Of a stretch of 64,000 nucleotides of DNA, positions 35,111 to 47,648 are shown in pieces. The notes beneath the pieces were generated by a model. The model searched no databases and was not told the DNA's origin. It saw only the letters and a program-made list of their open reading frames with translations. Made by a program: the position numbers and the translations under genes. How positions within the stretch are numbered: the first letter of the stretch is position 1; every line of letters begins with the position of its first letter. This stretch comes from Octopus vulgaris (taxonomy: Eukaryota), in contig OX597821.1 of assembly GCA_951406725.2 (NCBI GenBank), positions 49,290,001-49,354,000 on the forward strand, read 5' to 3'.

Positions 35111-37156
35111 CAATGGTAGTAACTTAAGCAGCAAGTATTTTTGTCAGCTGTAGTGATTTTAATTAATTATGATTATCAGTTGTAGTGATTTTAGTTAATC
35201 ATGTCACAAGTATCTACAGTGTTTTTTTGCTTCAGATATCATCCTCATTAACTTCCATATTCCATGCTGGCATGGGTTGGGTGTTTTGACTAGATTGAAT
35301 TGGTTCAAAGACTGCATCATGTTTTAGTGTCTGCTTTTGGCATGGTTTCTATGGCTGGATGCACTTTCTACTACCGATCACTTTACCACGTGTATTGGGT
35401 ACCTTTTTTGTACCACTAGCACTATTAAGGTTGCCATGCAGCTCACAAGACTACAAACCTCAGGGGAACTGGGGGTTCAGCTTTATGCTAAGGGGCAATG
35501 TGTTAAACTATGAGAGGCAGTGGGGTCAGAGCAAGTTCTTGCAGAGGATCTGTATGGCTACTTGCATTTAGTAGCAGAGACAGAGCAAAGAGAACTGATG
35601 AATATAAGCTGCAAAGAAATAGATAGTGGCAATGAGGTGCTCAAGTGGCCCCACAAGGTACAAGATGAGTAAACGTGGGTGGGCAGGTGGTTTGCAAGAT
35701 TGTATGAGAAGTAGGAGATAAGGAGATGAAGAGGTAGACTGCAACTGTAAAAATTGGCCAGATTTGAAAGGTGGATGATAGATGAGCCATAAGTTGGGAA
35801 GATGGAGTGCAAAAAAAAAAAAAACAAGATAGGGAGAGAGTGGCAGGATAGTAATGATGATACAGTTGAGGGGAGGACAGAAGGGGGAGATGATATAGTT
35901 AGGTAGTCTAAAGGAGCTGGTGTTGGGAAGGGACAGGCATAGTGCATGATCTGTTACTGTATCATTAGACTCAATGATTTTGGAGGAATTTAGGCAGCTG
36001 GTGTACAATTTGTACATAATGTCAAGGTAGGCTATTGACTTAAAGTTCTCTACTGTGGCAAGTCACTTTAGTATGTCTATCTGGCCTTTCATAGTTTTTT
36101 TTTTAATGTATGTATATATATATGGTACATATATACATGTCTAAGTAGGTGAATGAATTATCCTAGTATGGACAATTCGGTTAACCGATACTCGGGTAGC
36201 AAATTCACATCAGAATTTATTTATATACATGTCTATGTACATATCTGTCCTGAGTTTATAAGATTCTAGTATTCTAAGCTGTTGACCTTGTCCAGATATA
36301 TATACTTACACACAAGCACCATGAGTACCACACTGGATCTGAAATAATAGCATTGTTACTAAAGGTTGTAACACTCTTACTTGTTACGTCATAGTTTGAA
36401 TAAAGATAAGTTGCTAGAATCCAGTAATACAGCAACCTAAGTGAAATGAAGATTGATAAATTGAAGGATGACATAGTGATTTATGTACATAATACAATTC
36501 TGAACTGAAATTTGTCCCTTAGTGGGAGACACAAAGCAACATATCTGATGGTAATTGTTAATAACTGCCATAGGAAAATAATTTCAAGAAAATAAAATTC
36601 TATTTCCCACTATTAATTTATTTGTTTAGGAGAAAGACAGTTTGAGATTTGTTTACAGTCAAGGGAGGACAACTATGGGTATGTTTCTTGACCTCATCAG
36701 TCTAACCAAGCCTGCTGATCGATCAGTTGATACAGAGTTTTACATAAAGTGTTAGAAATGAATGTGGTCAGAATACTTTGCTTGATTAAAAAAAATAAAT
36801 TGAATTATCTGTAATAAAATCTTTGACAACAATGCTGGTGATGGGAGATCAAACCAATTGAAACATGGTTTGATTTGAAATATTAAAAAAAAAAATTAAA
36901 TTTTTAGTTAGCCTGAATTTTTTTTATCTGTCCATATGTCTGTTTGTCTGACTGTCTATATACATGTATATATGTATATGGAGGTGTGCAGGTGTGTGCA
37001 CCTTTCTCTCCCTTTCTGCATATATGTGAGTGTGTGTATGTATATTAATACATACATACACACACACACATACACATGCATGCATATACACATGCATGCA
37101 CATACACATGCATGCACATACACACAAGTAATGTTATTTTCTCTGTTTTTCACTAG

Positions 37157-37226
37157 CTGTCCCAGTCTGAAGCAGCCAGTATTACCAGTAGTAGTTCATT
37201 CCTGGCCCCTAAACTCAAGGTCACAG
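37157..37226 (+). CDS. TRAF7: TRAF7-like gene exon A2 (70 nt, phase 0 to 1): LSQSEAASITSSSSFLAPKLKVT
   Basis: Acceptor tttttcactAG, donor CAG/GTAAGT; bridges B1 (ends phase 0) and B2 (starts phase 1) in frame. Confidence 0.75.
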
Positions 37227-38452
37227 GTAAGTACAGCCTCCTCTATTACTAGCATCATCTTACAACACCCTTCTCTAATGTTACCTTCTACATTTCTCTT
37301 CTTTCTTATACCCTCCACCACCACTACTACCACCATCGCTCTTTGCCTTATTTTGTTCTGTTACTTTTCTACTTTTTTTTTTAATCCTCCCTTGTCATGG
37401 CTATCAGTAGCCATCACAAGGGACCTAATAGAAGTAAGTACCAAATCTCCCTCAGATTTCACCCCATCATCTTCATAAAAAAGAAACAATTTGAATAATA
37501 TGGCTCTGGATTCTTTTCACATGATGGTCACAACTGGAATGGCTATAACCTTATGTCTGTTCAATCATTGTTCACTTGAAATTAACCAATAACAATGACC
37601 CACCCATTCACTATCTTTAATGATATGATGTCACCATAGAGCAACCCTATTTCGCATACATTGAGCTGTGTCATGTTAGTTTCCTCCACCCCTGTATCAG
37701 ACTAACATAACCCCACTACAACCCCTTAGTTATCCTTGTTTCTTGCCTCTGTCCCTTTCTACTGTCCTTACCCACTTCACACTGAGATACTGTTTTGACC
37801 TCCATCCTTTTCCACAGCACACTGAGACAGTATCTCAACTTCTATTCTCCACTGCACACCATCCTTCACCACTGCACACTGAGACAATGTCTTGAAGAGT
37901 TTGGCCTTAGTTTAATAGTTGAATGGCAGATATTTGAATGTATGGAACATTATGAAGTCAAAAGTTAGATCAGATATTTGGTGATATATAAGTGATCATG
38001 GCTAAGGAATTTTATTTAATCAGCCACTATACAGGACTACTAGAGTGAGGTTTAGCAGAAGTGTAGCTTTCTCTGAACGGGCCAAATTGCTCATAAGTAT
38101 CTGGCATGCTTAATTAAAATGTATATTTGTTGGTGTAAAGAAACAAAATCGATTAAAAATTAAATAGTTATGAGATACCAAGATAATACCAGTTGAGTGG
38201 AACATAAAAAATTATTGAAACATTGAAAATAGGATGTCAAATTAAGGGGAGTGAAGAAGTAATACTAATATAATTTGTTTTCTGTATTTTTCTGTATGGG
38301 GAACAACTTTCCAGATGTTTCTTCCTTATTGAGTATCATCTTGAAAAATATAGCCCCCCACCCCATATTTGTAAAGTATTGATATGGAAATTATTAATTG
38401 ATTTTAATATCTAAGTTTTGTTCTTTTATTTTCTGTTTTTTCTTGTCATCAG

Positions 38453-38541
38453 ATGAAGACAACCACAGCCTAGCAGACCCTACTAATGCAGCATCCAACA
38501 GCTCACTGTTTTCATTATCAGATAACAGTGAATACAATGTG
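38453..38541 (+). CDS. TRAF7: TRAF7-like gene exon B2 (89 nt, phase 1 to 0): DEDNHSLADPTNAASNSSLFSLSDNSEYNV
   Basis: Long pyrimidine tract ending catcAG, donor GTG/GTAACT, in frame with exon A2 and the RING exon. Confidence 0.75.
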
Positions 38542-38701
38542 GTAACTATGAACTCTTCAGTACTTGTATTGTTTTGTTGTGCTCCCAAAGCCTTACTACC
38601 CTGATGTATTGCATTTTAAAAATATTTCCTTTCTCACAAGACCTCTCCTCCTCTCTTTTCTTATTTTGTGTTTTAATTTCTTGTTTGTTTTTTTGTATAT
38701 A

Positions 38702-38842
38702 TAAGGTTGTCCCAAAAGTTCGTAGAAAGTCTTGGAAAATAATTGTCTTTATTTTGAGGAATAATTTTTGTTGTTTTTGTTAGTACTTGGCGAGTAAAAA
38801 TTCAATTTTCGCAAGTGTTTACGAACTTTTGGGACAACCTAA
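38702..38842. mobile_element. Tc1/mariner-type MITE (141 bp)
   Basis: TIRs AGGTTGTCCCAAAAGTTCGTA / TACGAACTTTTGGGACAACCT with TA on both sides. Confidence 0.85.
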
Positions 38843-39384
38843 TATTTTTAAAACTTTATTATTTTTTTGCTACTAATCTCTTTGCCCCCTCCCCTACTAC
38901 CACTTTGTAATTCTAGTCAACACAGAATCTATATCCTCTTCAGTTACCTCTTTACAGCTCTTCTCTTTTCTGCACTGTTATTAAATACATTGGATTTGAA
39001 CCCCTGATCATTGACTTGGTAGTTTAACACTATCAATTTCTATTGCATCATTTCACCTCAACACTCTCCAAGGGGGTTTGTTTTTCTGTGGTGTGTGTAT
39101 CTATTTAAATGAGAGCCAGTTACATTTATGGTACGATAGATATGTTTGTGTTAGTACATATACATTTATGATGGTATAGATATGTTTGTGATCAGATTTA
39201 TGATGTAGTGTGTGGATTCCAGAACAAACATACTATATGAGGGCCATGCTGTAACTTTGAAGTACAAGATATGGTGTGGCAGTGTTGAAATCATTTTGTA
39301 ACATGTGGTGGTATGGGAAGCAGTATGACAGTTATTGTTTAACACCAAGTCTATCATTACCAAGCAGTTCTAAAAGCATTAGTC

Positions 39385-40045
39385 ATGACCAGGATAAAAA
39401 AGAAAATGCCTATGGACAAAATTGACCATAACTGAGACCTGAAGTTGAAAAGAATATTAGTGGAACTTAAAAGTTAAAACACAACCAGCTAGACGTTGTG
39501 TGGTATCTCAAGGAAAAGATCTGCTCTGTTTTGAAAATCAGCTACCCTCTGGACACCAATATGGTTAGAAAGAAATGCTAGAGAAGGAGGACATCTGTGG
39601 ACTATACATACATATATATGCTGGACTATTGAGAAATATGCAGTTACTTTATCCAGATTACAAGTTCAGGTTTATACCTGTAATTATTGGGGCCCTGGAA
39701 TATGTAACACACTGCCTAAATACCAATCTTGAGAAGTTAGACTTCTCAAAACCAGAAAAGAGGAAAGCTAATTCAAAGACTACAGATCCAATCCATCACT
39801 GGAACTATAAAAATCTGTAAAACTTTCCAGCAGTTTATCATTTAAATATATATGAGCATGTCTAGATATGCAACTATATGCATGAGAATACATGCATAAA
39901 ACAAAACATACAAATCTGCATGTATACATACATACAAAGATACCCTGTTGATGTTGGGGAAATTCTAATGAAGGAGCCTTGGATCTAGGTTAGAAACTGG
40001 CTCTTTCTCTATTGGCAAGAGATCTTGAAATAAAACTGAATAACG
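39385..40045 (+). mobile_element. 3' end of a restriction-like-endonuclease LINE (R4/Dong-like)
   Basis: EKEDI...LLRNMQLLYPDYKFRFIPVIIGAL endonuclease motif; terminal aaataaaactgaataa shared with the elements at 59838 and 60788. Confidence 0.75.
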
Positions 40046-41791
40046 ACATACATACATAAGTACATACAGAGATACATACATACATGCATATATAAGTATG
40101 TAGATACATACATACAGTGGAGCATGTCTGTGTGTGTATGTGTGTGTGTACATAGAAAATACAAGGTAGAAAATCATGTATTTCCAGTGCATCACTTAAC
40201 CCAAAGTTCTGGCTATCTAAACTCTTATATTGCAACTTTGAGAGAAATTGAAAGTCCACTGGTATAGAAATTCCAGATACATCACTGGTAAAATCAGTAA
40301 GTTTTACAAAGACTAACATATCATACAAGTAAGGAGATGAAGAATGAATGACTTTAGCACAACTTTATTATTAGTTTTAAAGTTGTGTTATAGTCATTGT
40401 GTCTCTTTGTGTTATATATATAATGTCATCATCTTTGTTTTATGCCTTCTTTCCTTGCTGGCATGGGCTGGACAGGTTGCTACAACCTGTGTTAGCAATT
40501 ATTTGAAGTTGCAGCTCATCTTAGATTCTTGGTACACTTTCTGTGGATAGATGTTCTTTCTAACAGCATCCATCTTACAGAGTATACTGCTTGCATTTTC
40601 TCATGGCACCAGCACTAGAGATGGCGTCATGCCCTTGACAGGGCTAAAGGGTCTTCTTGATACTCCCTCATCATCTCTGCTTGTTCTTCAACCACATTGT
40701 GGGTAGATTTATAATGCCAACAACAATAGTAGGGTTGCCATACACCCTGAAGTTTTTTGAGCCCCAAAAGTTTTCTAAAGTGCTTGTTGACTTATGGTGA
40801 TAAGGCTAGGGCAGGAATAAGGTAGAAACAGGGAAAGGATGATCGATATCAATATCAGGTAATATGAAAGGAGTGGGAGTAAGTATAGGAGAGGTTGTAG
40901 TTGATATGCCTCTGGATGTGAGAGAGGGTTTGGATAAGGTGGGATAGGATGTTGGAAAGATGAGAAGCCTAATAGGTTCAGAGGCATCCCTACTTACTTT
41001 GAGAGTATACTATGGTGAAGAGGAGAGATCCACTGTCTTCCTAATATTTGATAACAGTCAAATACAATGGGATCAATAGAGACATGATTAAAAGAGGAAT
41101 GGATGATAGGAGCATGAGTGATAGAAGGAAGAGCAATAGTGGTATTCAATATTCTGAGATAGGTACATCTATTCAAGGCACTATGAATAAGAGGATAGAG
41201 TGGTGATAGAAGGCAAAGTGAGCCAGGAGATGTGGAAGGAGAGGAACAAGGATGTGATGGCTGACAAGGTGAATGGGATGATGACTGACAGTATGGGTGG
41301 GGGGAGCAGATAATAAACAGAGTAGAGTGTACTGGTTACAACTGGTCTATTGTAGTCTCTTACACATAGAAGTAGAGATAGGTTGAGACAGGTGAGGTTG
41401 AGTGATGAAGATGATGGTGGTGGGGGATAGAAAGTAGGTGGGTCTTGTGTCAGTAAATAGCACAAGTGATGTGTATATGTACACACACACATATTTTAAA
41501 CAACAGAGAATTACAAAAGTGATTCAAAGTGATATCAAACTTTGATAAATTTGATAAGTGCCATGTGTAAAACTTTCAACATTTGAGTCAGTCGCGTAAC
41601 TTTTTGCCGCTTTAAAAAAAATCAAAATATATATTCATTTATTGAGTTCTATTTCTGTTGTTTGCTCTCTCAAACCTCTGTGTGTGTTATGTAATAGGCA
41701 TGCATACATCTCTCTCTCTCTTTCTCTCTTTCTCTCTCTCTCTCATGACTTCACCCACCCATCCTGGTTTTTCTCCTTTCATTGCTTTATC

Positions 41792-42233
41792 TGTTATTCA
41801 CCTTCCTGGTCAAATCACCTTCAGTGAACAACTGCACTGCAATGAGGACAAGACAACCTCTTTAGTGTTGGTGCCACGAAAAAAATCTTATACAAAGTGG
41901 TATCAAAAAGTTCCCGGACTAGTCTGGTAGTGCACCAACATATGGCAGCACACAGTTGCATGTGCAGTGAGAGCTAGCATTGACTTTCATGAAGCAATGT
42001 GCCAAGAGACGTTGTTATTCACCTTCCTGGTCAAATCACCTTCAGTGAACAACTGCACTGCAATGAGGACAAGACAACCTCTTTAGTGTTGGTGCCATGA
42101 AAAAAATCTTATACAAAGTGGTATCAAAAAGTTCCTGGACTAGTCTGGTAGTGCACCAACATATGGCAGCACACAGTTGCATGTGCAGTGAGAGCTAGCA
42201 TTGACTTTCATGAAGCAATGTGCCAAGAGACGT
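41792..42233 (+). repeat. 221-bp tandem duplication spanning the mariner left junction
   Basis: 41792-42012 and 42013-42233 differ at two CpG/TpG sites. Confidence 0.9.
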
Positions 42234-43402
42234 TGCTGTGTTTACTTTGCAAGTTGGAAAATTTGTGTTTTTGTGATATGTATACTGTAGTCTGCAATTT
42301 TGTCATGGATAGGAACAAAGAGTCAGTGTGAAATTTTGTGTTAGACTTGGGAAGTCTGCTTCAAATACATTGGGCATGCTTTGGCAAGCTTATGACAGCA
42401 AGGCAGTGGGTCGTCTGCTAGCTTTTGAGTGGTATGGGCACTTCAAAAGCAGAAGAACGTCTTTGGAAGGCGATGAAGTGATCTGGAAGATCTGCCACAA
42501 GTGTCAGACCTGGAAATGTGGAGAAAATTCATCAGCTTGTGCATGAGAACCGTCAGAGGACAATCAGCAACATTGCTGTTGTTGTTGATCTGTTGTATGG
42601 GTCCATGAAGGTGATCGTAACATCTGAATTGAACATGCAGGATGTCTCTGCCAAGTTTGTTGCTCATCTGCTAACCACTGAGCAGAAAGAACATCGCATC
42701 AAAGTCTGTCAAGATCTCAGTCAGTGTGCCGCTGATGACCGATCCTTCATGCAAAGGATCTTTACCATTGATGAGTTTTGTCTAGGGTATGACCCTGAGA
42801 TGAAGCCCTTCATCTCCATGACCAAGGAAGGCACGACAGAGCCACAGCTCAATCAAGAAAATACTAATCATTTGTTTTTTTCAACATCTGTGGTCTTGTG
42901 CATCAAGAATTCATCTCCCAGGGCCAGACCATCAGCTGAGAGTTCTACTGCAATGTTTTGAAGTGTTTGAGGGAGGATATTCAGTGAAAGCAATCAGATC
43001 TGTGGAGCACAAAGAATTAGATTCTTCACGATAACATTGCACCCTGTCACTGAGCTCTCCTCACTTGTGAGTTTCTCACCAAAAACAACATGGTATCACT
43101 TCCACACCTGCCCTATTCACCAGATTTAGCACTTGTGGCCTTCCATCTCTTTCCCAAGGTGAAAAGGCAGCTCAGAGGTTGCCATTTTAACACCATCGTT
43201 GAGATCCAAAGAGATTCAGAAGGTCCTTGACTCACTTATGGAAAATAACTTCCTGGCCAGATTCCAAAGGGTGGCAGGAATGCTGAGACCAGTGGATTGC
43301 TATGCAAGGTGACTATTTCAAAGGACTTGATGTTAAAACATAGGTAATTAAGTTATTTTTTATTAAATATAACTAGTTCAGGAACTTTTTGATACCAACT
43401 CA
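41893..43402 (+). mobile_element. Decayed mariner transposon with duplicated left end
   Basis: TIRs CAAAGTGGTATCAAAAAGTTCC / GGAACTTTTTGATACCAACTCA flanked by TA; transposase remnants KFCVRLGKSA, IFTIDE..YDPEMK, HDN, PYSPDLA. Confidence 0.9.
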
Positions 43403-43774
43403 TACACTCTGTAAAGTAAGTGATGTGGTGACAGAAAGGACCTCCAGGTGTAGAAACCCAGCCAAAAGAATGCTTGTGATGTCACCTGACAACCTGTCTA
43501 GGACATCCACAGAACCCAATAAGAACTGATGCAGACCCTGATAATCCATTCCACTCATGCTAGCATGGGAAGCAGATGTAAAATGGTGATGCTACACACA
43601 TGTGCACGCATACACACACACACCGAGAGAAGGGGATTTTGGAGTAGTGCTCAAAGATGTGAACTGGTGGTGTCACTACACCATAAACTATGTTCAAAGT
43701 AAGGCAATTCAGCTGATTTTCACTAACCTCACTAAAATATTACAACCACAGATGAGCCATCTCTTTTTATGCTA

Positions 43775-44993
43775 CAAAGGGATGCTGAAAAGTTCCTGGC
43801 TTTGAGTAAAAGAAAATACAGGAGGATCAGTTAATTATGATTTTATTCAACATATTCCCTTCACAGATTCAAATACATATTGCAGTGGTCCTTCAGTTTT
43901 TCTAAGCCCTGTAAAAAAAGAAGTCGGAAGTTTGGGCCTCCAGCAAAGCCTCTATACCAGCAATCACTTCTGAATTAGAGTGAAATTTCATTCCCTTGAG
44001 ATGTTTCTTCAGTTGTGGAAAGAGGTGATAGTCAGAGGGGTGTAAGGTAAGGTGGGTGGTCTACCAATTCAAAGCCAAAATCACATATTTTCCTTAGAGT
44101 TTCATGTGCTGTGTGTGCTGGTACATTGTCCTGCAAAAACAGGACACCCACAGCTCAGCTTTCCACCACATTTCTGCTTCAAAGCTTCATGTAGTTCACC
44201 ACACAAAGATATGTAGTAGTCTGCATTGATGGCACTCCCCTTTGGCAGGTATTTTATGAGGAGTACTGCATCTTTATCTGAGAACACTGAAACCAGAATC
44301 TTTCCAGCTGGCTTTTGGGTTCGAAACTTCTTGAAATGTTGTGAACTGCTCTGGTGCCTTGCCATTGATTGCTGCTTGGTCTAAGGATCATAATGGTGAA
44401 ACCAAGTTTCATCCATGACTAAACAGGCCATAAAATCAGCCTCTCCCACTGGCAAACCGATTCAAAATTGCTATTGATATCATCACTCTAATATGCTTTT
44501 TCAAGCATTTCAGCACCCATTTTGCAGAAAGCTTTCTCATGTCCAGAATGTTGTGGATGGTGTAGCCTACTTTTAACTGAAATCTGACAGACCTCGAGAA
44601 TCATGATGTGTACAGTGTCAGCTGTGTTCTCTGTGGTCACGAAAGTTGACCATCCTGACTGGGGTTTATCTGTAACCTCAAAATGACTAGTCTGAAACTT
44701 TGACACATGGGCAGTCATCATTCAAAACTTCCTTCATCTCGCGATGGATTTCCACCGTTCCTTTGCCTTGCAAAAAGAGAAACTTCATGACCGTCTGTGC
44801 TTCAGTTTTACCAAAATCCACTGTAGGAGCTGCCATCATACATTAAATCTGCAAAAAGGAGATAGATATATTGTATGCCATCATGACTTTTTGCATATCT
44901 TCTCCTAAATAGTTGTCCTACCACCCCTGTAATGGTAACAAATCTACCCTTTTGCAATACCCTTTAAGCCAGAAACTTTTCAGGAACCCCTCA
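43775..44993 (-). mobile_element. Second decayed mariner transposon (different family)
   Basis: TIRs gctgaaaagttcctggctt / aagccagaaacttttcagg with TA flanks; remnants KKFRTQKPAGKILVSVF...INADYY. Confidence 0.88.
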
Positions 44994-45869
44994 TACTATG
45001 ACAGCTTCTGTTCATCTGAACCAGTTGCATATACCTTCCACTCATCAGCATTTACACTTATTTCAGTAAAAGCAGAGAAGATTGAAGAAAGTCTACATTA
45101 GTAATTAGTAATGGTGTATTAGTAATTTGTGATGGTTTCTGTCAGTAATTGGTGACGGTCTATAAACAGTTATTACATAAAAAAGACATTAAATGAATAA
45201 ATATTTATGAAGATAGAGTATTATTACACTCATTCTTTTAGGGATCTGTATTTCTCTGGATTAACTCCTTGCTCACACCTAGTATCCACATTCCTTGCAG
45301 ACATTGATTTACAGATGTTCAAAGTGTACAACATGTTTTTTAACCACGTCTATAACATCTATTAACAACATCTATATTGACCTACAGATGTGCATCATCA
45401 TCATCAGCTGGTCTAGTATCAAAAAGATTATTCCTTTTGATATCAAACTGCCTGAAGCTCCCCTTTGATCTGTGATACAAACAACCTGTTTTAAAGTGAT
45501 CAGAATTAAAATCTTTCATCAAAATTTCGTATTAATTCATACTCCAAACTCTATCTAAATAATGGTTTCAAATGTTTGTACAAGGCCAGGAATTTCAAGG
45601 GAGAAGGTTAGTTGATTACATCAACCCTAGTGATCAACTGGTACTTATATTTTATCAACCCCTAAAGGACAAAAATCAAAGTTGACCTTGGTGGAAATTG
45701 AACTCAGAACATAAAGGCAGACGAAATACTCCAGAGCATTTTGTCCAGTGTGCTAATGATTCTGTCAACCTTAAACTCTAGCTAAATAATGACAAAGTTA
45801 TTTTACTAAATTCTTCATTATTTTCAAAGATAATTAAAAGAGAGGTAGATATATAAAAGAGAGTAGATA

Positions 45870-46272
45870 TAGGTGCAGGAGTGGCTGTGTGGTAAGTAGC
45901 TTGCTAACCAACCACATGGTTGCGGGTTCAGTCCCACTGCGTGGCATCTTGGGCAAGTGTCTTCTGCTATAGCCCCGGGCCGACCAATGCCTTGTGAGTG
46001 GATTTGGTAGACGGAAACTGAAAGAAGCCTGTCGTATATATGTATATATATATATATGTGTGTGTGTGTGTCTGTGTTTGTCTCCCTAGCATTGCTTGAC
46101 AACCGATGCTGGTGTGTTTACGTCCCCGCCACTTAGCGGTTCGGCAAAAGAGACCGATAGAATAAGCACTGGGCTTACAAAGAATAAGTTCCGGGGTTGA
46201 TTTGATCGACTAAAGGCGGTGCTCCAGCATGGCCGCAGTCAAATGACTGAAACAAGTAAAAGAGTAAAGAGT
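45870..46272 (+). mobile_element. Young, intact tRNA-derived SINE; older copies near 3820-3975, 9595-9830, 21780-21920, 27500-27795, 52830-52975
   Basis: A box TGGCTGTGTGG, B-box-like GGTTCAGTCCC, central TA/TG tract, tail gcggtgctccagcatggccgcag...gaaacaagtaaaagagtaaaga; CpGs retained. Confidence 0.9.
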
Positions 46273-46927
46273 ATATACAACCATGTATTAACCACACTCA
46301 GCTAATCAGGATTAATTTCCTATTTTTTTCGTCTTCTGCCTCCAGTTTCACTATGTACCACTGATATAATGTCTTCAATCCTTTTATCTTTTACTGTATT
46401 CTATATTCCTAATAGAGAAATCATTCTCTCTCTCCCTCCCTTTCCTTATTGTCTTTTTCTCTTCCTCAGTTCTCTTTGTCTTTTTCTCTAACTTTTCTCA
46501 TCCATGCTATTTCTTTATCCCCTCTCTCTTTCACCACCCTCCAGCTCTACTTCTTCAGCCGCTTTGTCTTTTGTTCCTTCCACCCATCTTTCCTATTTCT
46601 CATCTTCCTCCCTTTGTCTTCTCTTTCATCTTTTCACCCTTAATCTCCCATTCTTCCCATCTCCACCAATTTTCATTTTCTTCTCTTTTCCATCTCCTAC
46701 CCCCACCATTTCTCATATTTCCTCATGTACACCTATATTGCCTATACCTGCACCCCATACACACTCAGATATATCAATGTTGGTAACTTGATACAAAATA
46801 CAGCAGTGCTTCTACCACCACCACCACTACTATCTTCACTACTACCACCACTAATGTTTGATGCTAAGAAAGCATGTCATTTATGTAGGTCTGTCTATTA
46901 GTTGCTTAAACTCGCTTGTATATTTAG

Positions 46928-46967
<40 letters not shown>

Positions 46968-47621
46968 ATTTAACATAATAGCATTACTCACTAGTTTTGG
47001 TAGACTTCAATACACTACCACCACCATCACCAGTGCTGTGTATCTCTACCTGTCTCCCCCATCTGTTATCATCTATCATCTTTCACATTATTTGGGCCCC
47101 CAGGGAGATGGGTGGGCCTAGAGGAGATAGCTAATTCCATCACACTACAGCAGTTTTGTTCAGTATGTCTTTGGACTCTGAAGTGAACTCTACTGAATCA
47201 TCTTTCGATAAACAAACCAAAGGAAAGTTCCATAAGTTTCCAAGGATTCTGTTATGACTGGAAAATGTGAACCATTACCATCGAATGTCCTACTGGAAGA
47301 TTGAGGTAACGAGATTCTCAGTAATCTAGTTCGGCTGCTTGCTAGCCAGAGAACTACTGTTGTTGCTGCTGTTGTTGGTGTGTTTGTTCTGTTTTTACAC
47401 TGAATGTGACTGGTAGATGTCTTATTAGTAGGTGAACAATCAGTAGTACTGTACTTACCAAAATAACTCATCCTATTGAATTGATAAATGTTTTTATTTT
47501 TCTCACTAGTTCTGTTGATGAGCTATTTACTAGATATAAACAGACCAGTTACTTCATCTTGTCTGTCTGTGTGTCTACATTGTTTCTGATAGTTTTCACC
47601 TGTATTTCTTTCCTCTTTCAG

Positions 47622-47648
47622 AAGTCAATGAGAGAAGAAGAGGGGCCA
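47622..47648 (+). CDS. TRAF7: Candidate 27-nt symmetric microexon KSMREEEGP of the TRAF7-like gene
   Basis: Strong acceptor (tatttctttcctctttcAG), donor GTAACT, phase 0-0; acidic run ending in Pro like the EEEEEP preceding the RING exon in vertebrate TRAF7 (recalled). Confidence 0.4.

Noticed and set aside
26465-38541. Exons B1 and B2 as obligate mutually exclusive exons
   Set aside because: The intervening 70-nt exon at 37157 makes both includable in frame.
39960-40010. Hammerhead-like CTAATGA...GAAAC in the RLE LINE 3' UTR (also CTGATGA...GAAAC at about 31505-31535)
   Set aside because: Core or stems I and III are not satisfied.
44913-45065. In-frame candidate TRAF7 exon (AG...GT, 153 nt)
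   Set aside because: Overlaps the right TIR of the mariner at 43775-44993 and has a weak donor.
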